From: Blastocatellia bacterium | GTDB taxonomy: Bacteria > Acidobacteriota > Blastocatellia > UBA7656 | Length of the DNA: 64,000 bases | Reading direction: 5' to 3' | Assembly (NCBI GenBank): GCA_035249305.1 | Contig: DATFGQ010000103.1 | Coordinates: forward strand, 6,542-70,541 | Part shown: in pieces, positions 42,762-54,019 of the stretch | Layout of the letters: every line of letters begins with the position of its first letter | Position numbering within the stretch: the stretch's first letter is position 1 | Made by a program: the position numbers and the translations under genes | Notes under the pieces: generated by a model | The model's database searches: none | Told to the model about the DNA's origin: nothing | The model's input: the letters and a program-made list of their open reading frames with translations, nothing else

Positions 42762-44666
42762 CTATTTTCTTCTTGCGCGAATGCGGCCCTGCGCTATCGT
42801 CATCACGGCCGCGTACGCGTAGCCGAAAAAGTATATGAACAGAAATGGCAGCGTCCCGAAGATGCGGCTGTTGATCGCGTACCAGATCGTGAATATGAAA
42901 TAGAGCGCGAACAGCGACTCAAGCACGGGCACACTCAGACGCCGCCGCACGTAACGCTTCTTCGTCCAGGTCGTGTCGCCCGTACCTTCTATGCGGTACT
43001 TGGGCGTCCGCACGAAAGGCGACTTGACGCCCATCAGCGCTTCGAGCACTGCCCGCGCGTTTGAAAACGTCAGCGCTATCCCCATGCTCATGACAAAGGG
43101 CATGTACTTGAGCGAGCGCCACCACGATTTGCGATAGAGGTACCACTGCGGCACCACGTAGTAGGCGACGACCGACAGCGTCGAAAACGTCAGTATCGGC
43201 ACGTCCAGCACGAACAGGTGGAACAACCCCTGGTTGTACCGCACTATGATTATCGGCAGGTTGATCAGCGCAAGCACTATGACGAGCGGCGCGGCCAGGT
43301 TGCCCGTCAGCCGGAAGAACTGTTCGAGCTTCACTTGCCTGGTCAGCCGCGGGTCGCGCCACATCCTGCCCATCAATTTCAGACCGACCTGGACCACGCC
43401 CTTGGCCCACCGCCGCTGCTGCGATTTGAACGCGTTTATGTCTACGGGGAGCTCTGCCGGCACGTCGTCGTCGACGAGGTATACGAAACGCCACCCCATC
43501 AACTGCGCCCGGTAAGAGAGGTCCGTGTCTTCCGTGAGAGTGTCGTGCTGCCAGCCGCCCGACCACTCTATCGCCTCGCGCCGCCACATGCCGGCCGTCC
43601 CGTTGAAGTTGAAGAAGCCGCCCGAGCGGTGGCGCGAGGTCTGCTCGATTACCAGGTGGCCGTCGAGCATTATCGCCTGGACCTTCGTCAGCAGCGAGTA
43701 GTCGGCGTTGATGTGGCTCCATCGCATCTGCACCATGCCTATGCGGTCGTCCGTGAAGTAATCGACCATACGGCGTATGCAGTCCGCGCGCGGCGCGAAG
43801 TCCGCGTCGAAGATCAGTACCAGCTCGCCCGACGACTTCTTCAAACCCTCTTCGAGCGCGCCCGCCTTGAAGCCCTCGCGGTTAGTCCTGTGGTGGTAGC
43901 TTATGTCAAAGCCCTGATCGAAATACTTACTTACCGCGCGGCTGGCTATCTCGCGCGTCTCGTCCGTAGAGTCGTCGAGCACCTGTATTTCGAGCAGCTC
44001 GCGCGGGTAGTCGAGCTTCACGACGGAATCGATTATCCGCTCGGCCACGTACATCTCGTTAAACAGCGGGAGCTGCACCGTTATGCGCGGGAGGCGGTCC
44101 GCGCCGTAGCGCGACTTCGGCTGCGGGCGGTGATTGCGATAGCGCAGGAAGAGGTAGACCAGCCGGTAGCGGTAGATGCCGTAGACCGAAAGCAGCGCGA
44201 GTATCGCGAAGTAAGCCGCCATGAAATAGACGTCCATCGCGTCGTTCACGTTAAGGTAACTAATATTGCCCGCGGGGTAGCGGCCGCCCTGCGCTTCGGA
44301 CGAGGCGATGAATTTATCAAGATCGGACGTGCCCGTGGTCGGCTGCGCGGGGTAGCAGACCAGCTCAACCTGCGCGGCCTTGCCCGGCTCTACGATGACC
44401 TCTCTCACTATGCGCTCGACGCCCGGCCGCGAAGTGATGACGACGTAGCGGCCCGGTTGCAGACCTTCGAACGCGAACGTCCCTTTGGCGTCGGCCGACT
44501 GGTTGTACTCGCCGCCCGTCTCGGTGTTCCGCACGGTTATGTACATCCATGCGGTACTGTCGCCGCGTATGTCGACGACGCTGCCGCGCAAAGAGCCCGC
44601 CGCCTGGGCGTAGGTTGCGCCCGCGCATGCGCACACAATCAGAAGTAGTTTAAGAAACCGTTTCAT
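42762..44666 (-). CDS. processive family-2 glycosyltransferase (cellulose-synthase-like) with N-terminal CarboxypepD_reg-like domain
   Basis: ATG at 44666 (MKRFLKLLLIVCACAGATYAQ). An Ig-like SLRGSVVD...GTFAFEGLQPGRYVV domain comes first. GT2 motifs are VLDDSTDET, IFDADF, TEDTDLS and QQRRWAKG (D,D,D,QxxRW), followed by C-terminal TM helices. Confidence 0.85.
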   Translation of the reverse strand: MKRFLKLLLIVCACAGATYAQAAGSLRGSVVDIRGDSTAWMYITVRNTETGGEYNQSADAKGTFAFEGLQPGRYVVITSRPGVERIVREVIVEPGKAAQVELVCYPAQPTTGTSDLDKFIASSEAQGGRYPAGNISYLNVNDAMDVYFMAAYFAILALLSVYGIYRYRLVYLFLRYRNHRPQPKSRYGADRLPRITVQLPLFNEMYVAERIIDSVVKLDYPRELLEIQVLDDSTDETREIASRAVSKYFDQGFDISYHHRTNREGFKAGALEEGLKKSSGELVLIFDADFAPRADCIRRMVDYFTDDRIGMVQMRWSHINADYSLLTKVQAIMLDGHLVIEQTSRHRSGGFFNFNGTAGMWRREAIEWSGGWQHDTLTEDTDLSYRAQLMGWRFVYLVDDDVPAELPVDINAFKSQQRRWAKGVVQVGLKLMGRMWRDPRLTRQVKLEQFFRLTGNLAAPLVIVLALINLPIIIVRYNQGLFHLFVLDVPILTFSTLSVVAYYVVPQWYLYRKSWWRSLKYMPFVMSMGIALTFSNARAVLEALMGVKSPFVRTPKYRIEGTGDTTWTKKRYVRRRLSVPVLESLFALYFIFTIWYAINSRIFGTLPFLFIYFFGYAYAAVMTIAQGRIRARRK

Positions 44667-44790
44667 ATTCGCTTTCACCCATGCCGGGCAATATGATGCA
44701 TCCGAGCGGGTCGAAGTTGGTATCAGAACTAAGCCGACAGTATAGGCATCACCCGCTGCCATTTCAAGCGGCAAGACGGCAAATGAAAAA

Positions 44791-44856
44791 GCCACAGAGG
44801 CGCGGAGACACAGAGATTTTTATTGATTTATCTCTGTGCCTCGGTGCTTCTGTGGC
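44791..44856. repeat. heptamer-built hairpin (CACAGAG-type), 27-nt imperfect arms
   Basis: GCCACAGAGGCGCGGAGACACAGAGAT (44791-817) pairs with ATCTCTGTGCCTCGGTGCTTCTGTGGC (44830-56). It belongs to the same sequence family as 29471-29538. Confidence 0.8.
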
Positions 44857-44868
44857 TAAGTCTGTCGC

Positions 44869-47049
<2,181 letters not shown>

Positions 47050-47145
47050 AACACTCCTCTATTGAGATAAATCTGGTTTGACCAGGGAATGAGTATTTTA
47101 AACCGTCCACGCCCGCCCGGTCTACACGCGCTGTAGCAAATCACC

Positions 47146-47242
47146 TGTAGGGGCGGGGCTTGTCCCCGCCCGGATCGCGCGTTAGCGCGATGACGTAATT
47201 GGCCTGCGGCCAATCCGGGCAGCCACAAGGGCTGCCCCTACA
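47146..47242. repeat. four consecutive GC-rich REP-like hairpins; outer two are inverted copies of one family
   Basis: TGTAGGGGCGGGGCTTGTCCCCGCCC (47146-71) and GGGCAGCCACAAGGGCTGCCCCTACA (47217-42, reverse orientation of the same TGTAGGGGC-stem-CTTGT-stem design). Between them lie ATCGCGC-GTTA-GCGCGAT (47174-91) and ATTGGCC-TGC-GGCCAAT (47198-214). Confidence 0.85.
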
Positions 47243-47248
47243 TTAACC

Positions 47249-49447
47249 TTATTTCCCTTCGAGCAATCGCGTGGCCGCTTCCACCTGCGCGCGGAGCGCG
47301 TCTATCGCCGCCGCGGCCGTCTTCATCTGAGGCTCGACCTCGGCCCACTGTTTCTGCTCGATGGCTTCGCGCACGCCGGGAATAGTCTTCACGCCGTAGC
47401 CCGTGTAAAAGCCCGGCGCGTAGATCTGGTGTATGAACCAGGGCCGGCGCGGGAGCCCCTGCTCGTTGGTGAGCCGGCGCTCCGATTTGTAAAGCAGCTC
47501 GTTGAGCGCGGCCGGCTGCTTTACGGCCGCAAAGCCTTTCGACTCGGCCCGCGCTAAAGCCTCCTCGTAACGGCGCGCGCACTCGCCGAGCGCGCGCACG
47601 GCCGTCTTTAATGGCGCGAAGTCGATCTGCTTGGGCGGCGCGCTTCTCTTCGCGAGCTTATCGACCTCGTCGACGTAGCGGCTCACTGTGTCTGCCATGT
47701 TCGTAAACTCGAACGGCAGCACGTCGGCGCTCGCCAGCCTCATGACGATCGTGCCGTTCACCTGCGAGAGCGCCCGGCCATACTCAAAAGTGCCATCCGA
47801 GAACTTCGTGTACCAGTAGAAGCTGTCGTAGATCGAGTGGTATATCCCGCCGCCGCCCGATCCGCCGAAGCCCGTGTTGAGCGCGGCTATCCCGAGGTGC
47901 TGTATGAACGGCGTGTAATCCGAGCCCGACCCCAGCGCGCTTATGCGCAGGTCTTTGCGCTCTTGCAGCTCTTTCTTATCTTCGTCGGTCCTGGCCTGTT
48001 CGACCCGCCGCTCTTTGAGGGCTTCCCAGACAGACTTGCTCGTCTTCGGCTGCGCGACATCGCGCGCGACCTCGTTTACGAACCGCTCCAGCGTGTGCGA
48101 CCCGCCGACGCCCAACCAGCCCTTGCCCGTGCTGTCCGAGTTGAGATAGACGACGGCCTTCTGCTTCAGTTCGTCCGCATGCGTCTCCACCCATTCGGTA
48201 GAGCCTAGCAGCGCGGGCTCTTCGCCATCCCAGGCGCAGAGTATGATCGTGCGCTTCGGGCGCCACCCCTGCTTTAACAGCTCGCCGAGCGACCGGCCGA
48301 CTTCCATAACCGTGACCATGCCGCTGACCGGGTCTTCGGCGCCGTTGACCCATGCGTCGTGGTGATTGCCGTAAACGATCCACTCGTCGGGGTAGGCGCT
48401 GCCGGGGATGCGCGCGATCACGTTGTAAAGCGTCTGCAACGACCAGTCGAACGCGAGCTTCAGCCGGACGCGCGCGGGGCCTGGCCCTACGTGATAGGTG
48501 ATCGGCAGCGCGCCGCGCCATGCGTCGGGCGCAACGGATCCGCGCAGGGCCTTTAGCAGCGGCAGCGCGTCACCGTAAGAGATCGGGAGCACGGGGATCT
48601 TCATTATGACCTCCGCCTCTTCGCGCGGGAGGCGGCGCGCGCCTTTGACCGCGCCCCAGCCCGGCGTGAGCGGGTCGCCAGGGTGAATCGGCATGTCCAT
48701 CACGGAGCCGCGCTGCACGCCCTGATCGGGACGGTAAGGCCCTTCAGGGTAAACGTCGCCCTGGTAGTACCCGTCGTCGCGCGGGTCTGAGTAGATCAGA
48801 CATCCGATAGCGCCGTTCTCGTAGGCGACCTTGGGCTTGATGCCGCGCCAGCTCGCGCCGTAGCGCGCGATGACTATCTTCCCTTTCACGTCGACGCCCA
48901 TCTTCTTCAGCTCTTCGTAATCGGCCGGCACGCCGTAGTTGACGTATACGAGGTGGCCCGTCACGTCGCCGTCGGCCGAGAAGGCGTTGTAGCTCGGCAA
49001 CTGGTTGGCGTCGTTCGAGTCGGGGTCTTCGGCCAGCGGAGGCTCCTTCAACTGCGCGCGGAACCTTGCGGGCTCTATCATCTCCAGCACGCGCTCTTTC
49101 GGCGTCGGGAAGAGCACGTCGAACTCCTCTATCTTCGCGTCGAGCCCCCACGAGCGGAACTTTTCGAGCATGTACTCGGCGTTCTGCTTGTCGTAAGCCG
49201 ACCCGACATGGTGAGGCTCGGCCGACAGCCGCTGCATGTACTCGCGCAGCAGCTCAGGTTTTGGCAACGCCCGCATACGCTCTTCCCAATCGAGCTCGGC
49301 TTTGCGGCTCGATTCCGAATAGCCCCTGAGCGTGCGCGCGTGATTGTTTCCGTTAGACTGCGCAGCCGCGACGACGGCTAGACAGTTGATGGCCGCTACG
49401 AGAGAGAGCCAGAGACTTGCGATCTTCTTAAGCCTGTAATGGCGCAT
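47249..49447 (-). CDS. M28-family peptidase, glutamate carboxypeptidase II / transferrin-receptor-like architecture
   Basis: Signal peptide, PA-domain region (GKIVIARYG), M28 core (YGNHHDAW..., WDGEEPALLGSTEW) and a C-terminal dimerisation-like helical domain. Confidence 0.85.
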   Translation of the reverse strand: MRHYRLKKIASLWLSLVAAINCLAVVAAAQSNGNNHARTLRGYSESSRKAELDWEERMRALPKPELLREYMQRLSAEPHHVGSAYDKQNAEYMLEKFRSWGLDAKIEEFDVLFPTPKERVLEMIEPARFRAQLKEPPLAEDPDSNDANQLPSYNAFSADGDVTGHLVYVNYGVPADYEELKKMGVDVKGKIVIARYGASWRGIKPKVAYENGAIGCLIYSDPRDDGYYQGDVYPEGPYRPDQGVQRGSVMDMPIHPGDPLTPGWGAVKGARRLPREEAEVIMKIPVLPISYGDALPLLKALRGSVAPDAWRGALPITYHVGPGPARVRLKLAFDWSLQTLYNVIARIPGSAYPDEWIVYGNHHDAWVNGAEDPVSGMVTVMEVGRSLGELLKQGWRPKRTIILCAWDGEEPALLGSTEWVETHADELKQKAVVYLNSDSTGKGWLGVGGSHTLERFVNEVARDVAQPKTSKSVWEALKERRVEQARTDEDKKELQERKDLRISALGSGSDYTPFIQHLGIAALNTGFGGSGGGGIYHSIYDSFYWYTKFSDGTFEYGRALSQVNGTIVMRLASADVLPFEFTNMADTVSRYVDEVDKLAKRSAPPKQIDFAPLKTAVRALGECARRYEEALARAESKGFAAVKQPAALNELLYKSERRLTNEQGLPRRPWFIHQIYAPGFYTGYGVKTIPGVREAIEQKQWAEVEPQMKTAAAAIDALRAQVEAATRLLEGK

Positions 49448-49661
49448 ACCGATCCTCCTGAGTCGAAGGCCAAGTATATCGAGCCGCCGCGCGGGCGCAC
49501 AACTAAAGTATTGCCGTGCGCGCCCCGTCTTGCGATAATGTCGGCACGCTTCAACTGGCCCCTGTGAAAATTCATTAAGTCTAAACGGTTAATACTTTTA
49601 TACATTATAACCGGCAGACGCGCGCGCACGCTTACGAGTTCGAGCAAGGCAGGAGGGTCGA

Positions 49662-50066
49662 ATGTTCAAAAACGGCTCCAGTAATAAAAGCGAGCTGGCG
49701 AAAGCAGAATCCGCGCTGAAAGAGGCGGAGGCGCAGCAGGAGAGCATCCTGGCGCTCGTCGAAGAGCGCAAGAGTGAGCGGCAGAGTATCGGCGCGCGCA
49801 TCGCCAAAGAAGGGACGGCCGGCAACGTCGACGCGCTTATAGCCTTGCAGACCCGCCTGACCTCTCTCGACAAAGGCATAGCAGAGTTATGCGCGTCGGC
49901 CGCCGAATGCGAGCAGCGGGTAGAATCGGCGCGTCGCTACCTTTATAAGCTATACGTACACCTGGAAAGGCTTCGCCAGGAGGCCGCTTGCCTGGTCGAA
50001 GAAGACCCCACTAAGTTGACGCGCGTGAGAGTGCAGATACACGCCATCGCGGGCGACGAGGGGTGA
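49662..50066 (+). CDS. hypothetical coiled-coil protein
   Basis: RBS GGAGGG 6 nt upstream of the ATG. The composition is helical. No family recognised. Confidence 0.55.
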   Translation: MFKNGSSNKSELAKAESALKEAEAQQESILALVEERKSERQSIGARIAKEGTAGNVDALIALQTRLTSLDKGIAELCASAAECEQRVESARRYLYKLYVHLERLRQEAACLVEEDPTKLTRVRVQIHAIAGDEG

Positions 50067-50111
50067 AAAAAAGATGTCAGTACCGGGAGTGAGAACTGCC
50101 GGTACTGACAT
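50066..50111 (-). terminator. rho-independent terminator (minus strand; hairpin shared by convergent genes)
   Basis: 13-bp perfect stem ATGTCAGTACCGG (50074-86) / CCGGTACTGACAT (50099-111). On the minus strand it is followed by CTTTTTTT (A-run 50066-72). Confidence 0.85.
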
Positions 50112-50125
50112 GACTTCAAACCGGC

Positions 50126-50908
50126 CTAGTCGAAAATAGACTTAAACCACCCGCCGACTCTCTTGAAACCGCGCCCGACCTTTCTGCCGAACGAAACGCT
50201 CTCTGTTTTAGTTTTATCCGCAACGTCCTCGGACTTTTCGGCTACATCTTTACCGGCTTCCTTAGCGACCCTCACGCCTTTGACGGCGACCTCGCCGGTC
50301 TTATCGACAACGTCCTCGGTCTTGTCGGCTACAACTTTGCCGGCTTCCTTAGTCTTGTCGACGGTCTTATCGGCTACGTCTTCGGCCTTCTCACCGACCT
50401 TCTTGGTGGTGTCGACCGTCTCTTTGGCTACATCCTTAGTTACATCTTTCGTCTTATCGACGGCCTCTTTGGTAACGTCTACGGTCTTGTCGGCTACGTC
50501 TTCCGTCTTATCGGCGACTTCTTCACCGGCCGTCTTGGTCACATTGATCGCCTTGTCGGCGGCCGCGAGCATAACGTCGGCCGTGGCGTCCATGGCCTGT
50601 TCAATATCGTTCTCGTCCGTCAGGTCGACTTTGCGGCCGTCGCGATACTCGACTACGACCGCGCGAACGTCGCCTTCTTTGGTCGTGCGAGTAATGCGAG
50701 CGATGTCGCCCGTCTGAAATACCCTGACTTCGGTCTTCGTGCCGTCCGGCGCGATGACGGTCTCAACCGTCGAGCCGTCGCTCCTGGTCACCTTCGACGG
50801 CGACTGGGCGGCTTGCGCGTGATGGGTGTGCCCTTCGGTCTGCGCGAAGGCCGCGGTCCCGAACGAAAGCGCGATAGCAAGCCCTAATACTGATAGTATC
50901 CGTTTCAT
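50126..50908 (-). CDS. secreted protein with LEA-like charged 11-mer-type repeats
   Basis: ATG at 50908 with a GGAGG RBS. Signal peptide MKRILSVLGLAIALSFGTAAFAQ and a His-rich HTHHAQ. The repeat tract reads VADKTEDVADKTVDVTKEAVDKTKDVTKDVAKETVDTTKKVGEKAEDVADKTVDKTKEAGK.... The protein ends in an amphipathic GFKRVGGWFKSIFD. Confidence 0.7.
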   Translation of the reverse strand: MKRILSVLGLAIALSFGTAAFAQTEGHTHHAQAAQSPSKVTRSDGSTVETVIAPDGTKTEVRVFQTGDIARITRTTKEGDVRAVVVEYRDGRKVDLTDENDIEQAMDATADVMLAAADKAINVTKTAGEEVADKTEDVADKTVDVTKEAVDKTKDVTKDVAKETVDTTKKVGEKAEDVADKTVDKTKEAGKVVADKTEDVVDKTGEVAVKGVRVAKEAGKDVAEKSEDVADKTKTESVSFGRKVGRGFKRVGGWFKSIFD

Positions 50909-51100
50909 AACGTGGTTCCTCCCCTGGCTCAACAAAATCTCTGTTCAGTTTCATCGGGGCAACGTGCGTGCCAGTGCCGGCGGAGGCGTTTGTCGCTCAT
51001 GGCCCGGCCGGGAGCGGCGAACGAACCGATCAGCCTGTTTATGAAGAAATACAAGTACTTAAATACTACGGCTCGTATGAAATGGAAACGTTCACTGGCG

Positions 51101-51132
51101 GGAAAAAAGAAGGCGGTCGCAACCGACCGCCT
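51101..51132 (-). terminator. rho-independent terminator of htrA
   Basis: On the minus strand: AGGCGGTCG-GTTG-CGACCGCCT followed by TCTTTTTTCC. Confidence 0.8.
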
Positions 51133-51161
51133 CGCTTACTGTCTGAGCTGTTGATCGAGCC

Positions 51162-52601
51162 TTACTCCAGGCTGACGGGCACGAAGCTTAGCTGCCCGCT
51201 CCGCTCTATCTGAAGCACGATCTGGGTTTCGCCTTTGAGCTGTTCGAGCGCGCGGATGAGGGTTTGAGCGCTCGTCACGTCAAAGCGGTTGATCTTATGG
51301 ATCACGTCGCCCTGCGTGATGCCGGATTCGGCCGCGGGGCTGCCGGGCTGGACGGTCATAACCACCGCGCCCGATTTGATCTTCAGCGTCGAGGCCTGTT
51401 CGGGTGTTATGGTCTGAACGCTGATGCCGATCTTGCCCATCTCCTGCTCGGGCGAGCCTTCGTTTTCAGGGCTCGTCTCGTTCGGGCGCGGACGCTCGCC
51501 TAGCGTGACGGTTGCCGTCTGAACGCGGCCGTCGCGCACGAATTTGACCTGGACCGGTTTGCCGACCGGAAGATCGGCCACGATCTCCGTCAATTGACGG
51601 GCCGTCTTGACCGCCTTGCCGTCGACTTCGGTGATCACGTCACCGCTCTTCAACCCTGCCTTGGCCGCGGGGGTGTCCCTCCCCGAAACGTCCTGTACGA
51701 GCGCGCCGCCTTCGCCGTCGTACCCCACGGTCCGCGCCAGCGTCGGCGTCACGTCGGTCGGGTAGAGGCCGAGGTATCCTCGCGTCACGCGCCCGCTCTT
51801 GATGAGCTGTGCGTAGACCTTCGACGAAAGGTTCGAGGGTATGGCGAAGCCTATGCCTTCGTTGCCGCCCGTGCGAGAGAATATCATCGTGTTAATGCCG
51901 ATCACTTCGCCGTCCATGTTGACGAGCGGCCCGCCGGAATTGCCGGGGTTGATCGAAGCGTCGGTCTGTATGAAGTTTGTAAACTGGCCGGCCCCGCGAA
52001 GCTCGCGGCCCGTGGCCGAGACTATGCCCGCCGTCATCGTCTGCGACAGCCCGAAGGGGCTCCCGAGCGCTATGACCCACTCGCCCTGCTCGACTCTTTC
52101 GGAATCCCCGAGCTTGGCGAAGGGCAGGCCCTGGAGGTCTACCTTGATGACTGCCAGGTCAGTCTCCGGGTCGGTGCCGACGCGGCTGGCTTTAACCTCG
52201 CGGCCGTCGGAGAGCTTCACCTTGATTTCGACGGCCTCTCCGACCACGTGGTTGTTAGTAAGTATGTAGCCGTCCGGGCTGATTATCACGCCCGAGCCCG
52301 TGCCTCGCGGGCGGCTCGGCCCCTGGCCGCCGAAGTCCGGCATCCCAGGTATCTGCGGGAAGCCTTCGGGGAGTCGCGACACGCGGCGGGCCTTCTCAAC
52401 AACGTCTATGTTGACGACGGCAGGCTTCACCTGCTTGGCCACGTTTATAAAGGTGCGCGACAGGTCGGCCGGCGTAGGCAACTGCGCCCGGTTCTGCTGC
52501 GCGACGATGGGGGCGCTCACCGCAAGCGCCAGCGCCAGAGAAAAAACGATCGCGCGCGCGCGAATCAAACTCTTTCTGAGACTCTTCATTTTCACATCCA
52601 T
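51162..52601 (-). CDS. HtrA/DegP-family serine protease with two PDZ domains
   Basis: Catalytic contexts TNNHVV (His), DLAVIKV (Asp) and GNSGGPLVN (Ser), followed by two PDZ-like segments. Confidence 0.92.
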   Translation of the reverse strand: MDVKMKSLRKSLIRARAIVFSLALALAVSAPIVAQQNRAQLPTPADLSRTFINVAKQVKPAVVNIDVVEKARRVSRLPEGFPQIPGMPDFGGQGPSRPRGTGSGVIISPDGYILTNNHVVGEAVEIKVKLSDGREVKASRVGTDPETDLAVIKVDLQGLPFAKLGDSERVEQGEWVIALGSPFGLSQTMTAGIVSATGRELRGAGQFTNFIQTDASINPGNSGGPLVNMDGEVIGINTMIFSRTGGNEGIGFAIPSNLSSKVYAQLIKSGRVTRGYLGLYPTDVTPTLARTVGYDGEGGALVQDVSGRDTPAAKAGLKSGDVITEVDGKAVKTARQLTEIVADLPVGKPVQVKFVRDGRVQTATVTLGERPRPNETSPENEGSPEQEMGKIGISVQTITPEQASTLKIKSGAVVMTVQPGSPAAESGITQGDVIHKINRFDVTSAQTLIRALEQLKGETQIVLQIERSGQLSFVPVSLE

Positions 52602-52772
52602 CTGATTCGTCTACCTCCTAGAACTTCTCACGACGAGAGATTAAACAAGTTCCTCTTTTATAGCTTACTCCCGATGGGCTTGAACCCGAAAGAACCGAAA
52701 GGGGCGCCGCTCGCCGTCAGAGGCACGACCGGGCCGGGCGAGGATTGAGCCCGCCCGGCCCGCGTCACTTAG

Positions 52773-53321
52773 TTAATCGCGCTCGACGCGCAGATTGTTC
52801 TTCACCGAAAAGACTCCAGGCACGCCGTTGGCTGCCATGTAGGCGAGCTGGCTGTCCATCCTGTTTGACACCACGCCCTCAAGCGTCACATGACCGCGGT
52901 TAACGATTATGTGGATCGAGGGGTTCGCGCCCATCGCGTAGCGGTAAAGTCCGCCTGAGCGGAAGACCGCCCGGTAGGTGCGAACGCGAATCCTGTCGTC
53001 ATTCGGCGAGACAGGCAACACCTGTATGTTGTTAACAACACGCTCCACGCCTTCGATCTTGGCGACGCGCCGCTCGGCGTCTTTGCGCGTAGACGGGCGC
53101 GTCACCTGACCGGAAAGGACTACCGTGTCGCCGTTAACCTCGTAAGCGAGATTATCGAACACGCCGTAATAAGGCAGCGTCACAAGCTGCTTGCGCACCT
53201 GGTTGCCGAGGCGCGCGCTGTAGTCCGCCTGGTCCGACGCGGCGGGAGCAGCCACCGCCACTCCCGCAGCCAGTATGAGCGCTGCGAAGAGGGCGACTAC
53301 TCTGTTTTTTATCTTACTCAT
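52773..53321 (-). CDS. BON-domain protein (two BON domains), secreted
   Basis: ATG at 53321 with a GGAGG RBS. Signal/anchor RVVALFAALILAAGVAVAAPA. The two BON-like domains read ...VNGDTVVLSGQVTRPSTRKDAERRVAKIEGVERVVNNIQV and ...VNRGHVTLEGVVSNRMDSQLAYMAANGVPGVFSVKNNLRV. Confidence 0.85.
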   Translation of the reverse strand: MSKIKNRVVALFAALILAAGVAVAAPAASDQADYSARLGNQVRKQLVTLPYYGVFDNLAYEVNGDTVVLSGQVTRPSTRKDAERRVAKIEGVERVVNNIQVLPVSPNDDRIRVRTYRAVFRSGGLYRYAMGANPSIHIIVNRGHVTLEGVVSNRMDSQLAYMAANGVPGVFSVKNNLRVERD

Positions 53322-53364
53322 TCTCTTTTGCACCTCCAAAATCTCTCTACCTTTCCACACTCAA

Positions 53365-53925
53365 TTATACGTTCTTTGCGCGCCGTTCGATTTCACTATT
53401 TACGTTCCGCTCTTTGCCGGAAGCGCGCTTCCGGCCCGAGGTTTTAGAGTTAGATGCCCGGCGCGGCTCTAACGCTGTCTCCGAGTCGAGCTTCTCCAGC
53501 GCGGCGACCATTTTAGAGAGCGCAAGCGCCACGCTCGCCCGGTCCTCGTTATCGAGCTCGGCCATCGCGCCCGAAAAGATCAGGTTGCGCCGCTCGCGAA
53601 ACCTGTCGACGGCGCGGCGGCCCCGGCCCGTGAGCGCGACCAGCACGCTCCTGCGGTCGCCATCGACGGCGCGCCGCTCTATCAACTGCTTACGGGTCAA
53701 TCGGTCGGTGAGCTGAGTCACGGCCGGGGCCGAGATCTTCAGCCTCACGGCCAGGTCGCCCGTGCAGAGCGGCCCCAGGCGAAGTATCTTTAACGCCTGC
53801 GCCTGCGGCATTGTAAGGTCCAGCTCGTCGACCTGCCTCTGGTGGTGGTCCAGCATCAGCTTAAACATTATCTCCATGAAGCGGTCAAAGACCGCCTCCC
53901 CCTGTGCGCCGCTGGCTTCCACCAT
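53365..53925 (-). CDS. MarR-family transcriptional regulator with basic C-terminal tail
   Basis: wHTH region: LTMPQAQALKILRLGPLCTGDLAVRLKISAPAVTQLTDRLTRKQLIERRAVDGDRRSVLVALTGRGR. Confidence 0.88.
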   Translation of the reverse strand: MVEASGAQGEAVFDRFMEIMFKLMLDHHQRQVDELDLTMPQAQALKILRLGPLCTGDLAVRLKISAPAVTQLTDRLTRKQLIERRAVDGDRRSVLVALTGRGRRAVDRFRERRNLIFSGAMAELDNEDRASVALALSKMVAALEKLDSETALEPRRASNSKTSGRKRASGKERNVNSEIERRAKNV

Positions 53926-54019
53926 CCACCCTCCAATTAATTCAAATTAATATTTAAGCTGTATTAATTATATGCCGGATGGCGGTTGGCGTCAAGTGGG
54001 GCGCGAGGGGCTGTGAGGG

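Noticed and set aside
52731-52761. GC hairpin GGGCCGGGCG...CGCCCGGCCC downstream of the BON gene as an intrinsic terminator.
   Set aside because: No U-tract follows on the minus strand. It may still be a REP-like stabiliser, but the terminator call is unsupported.
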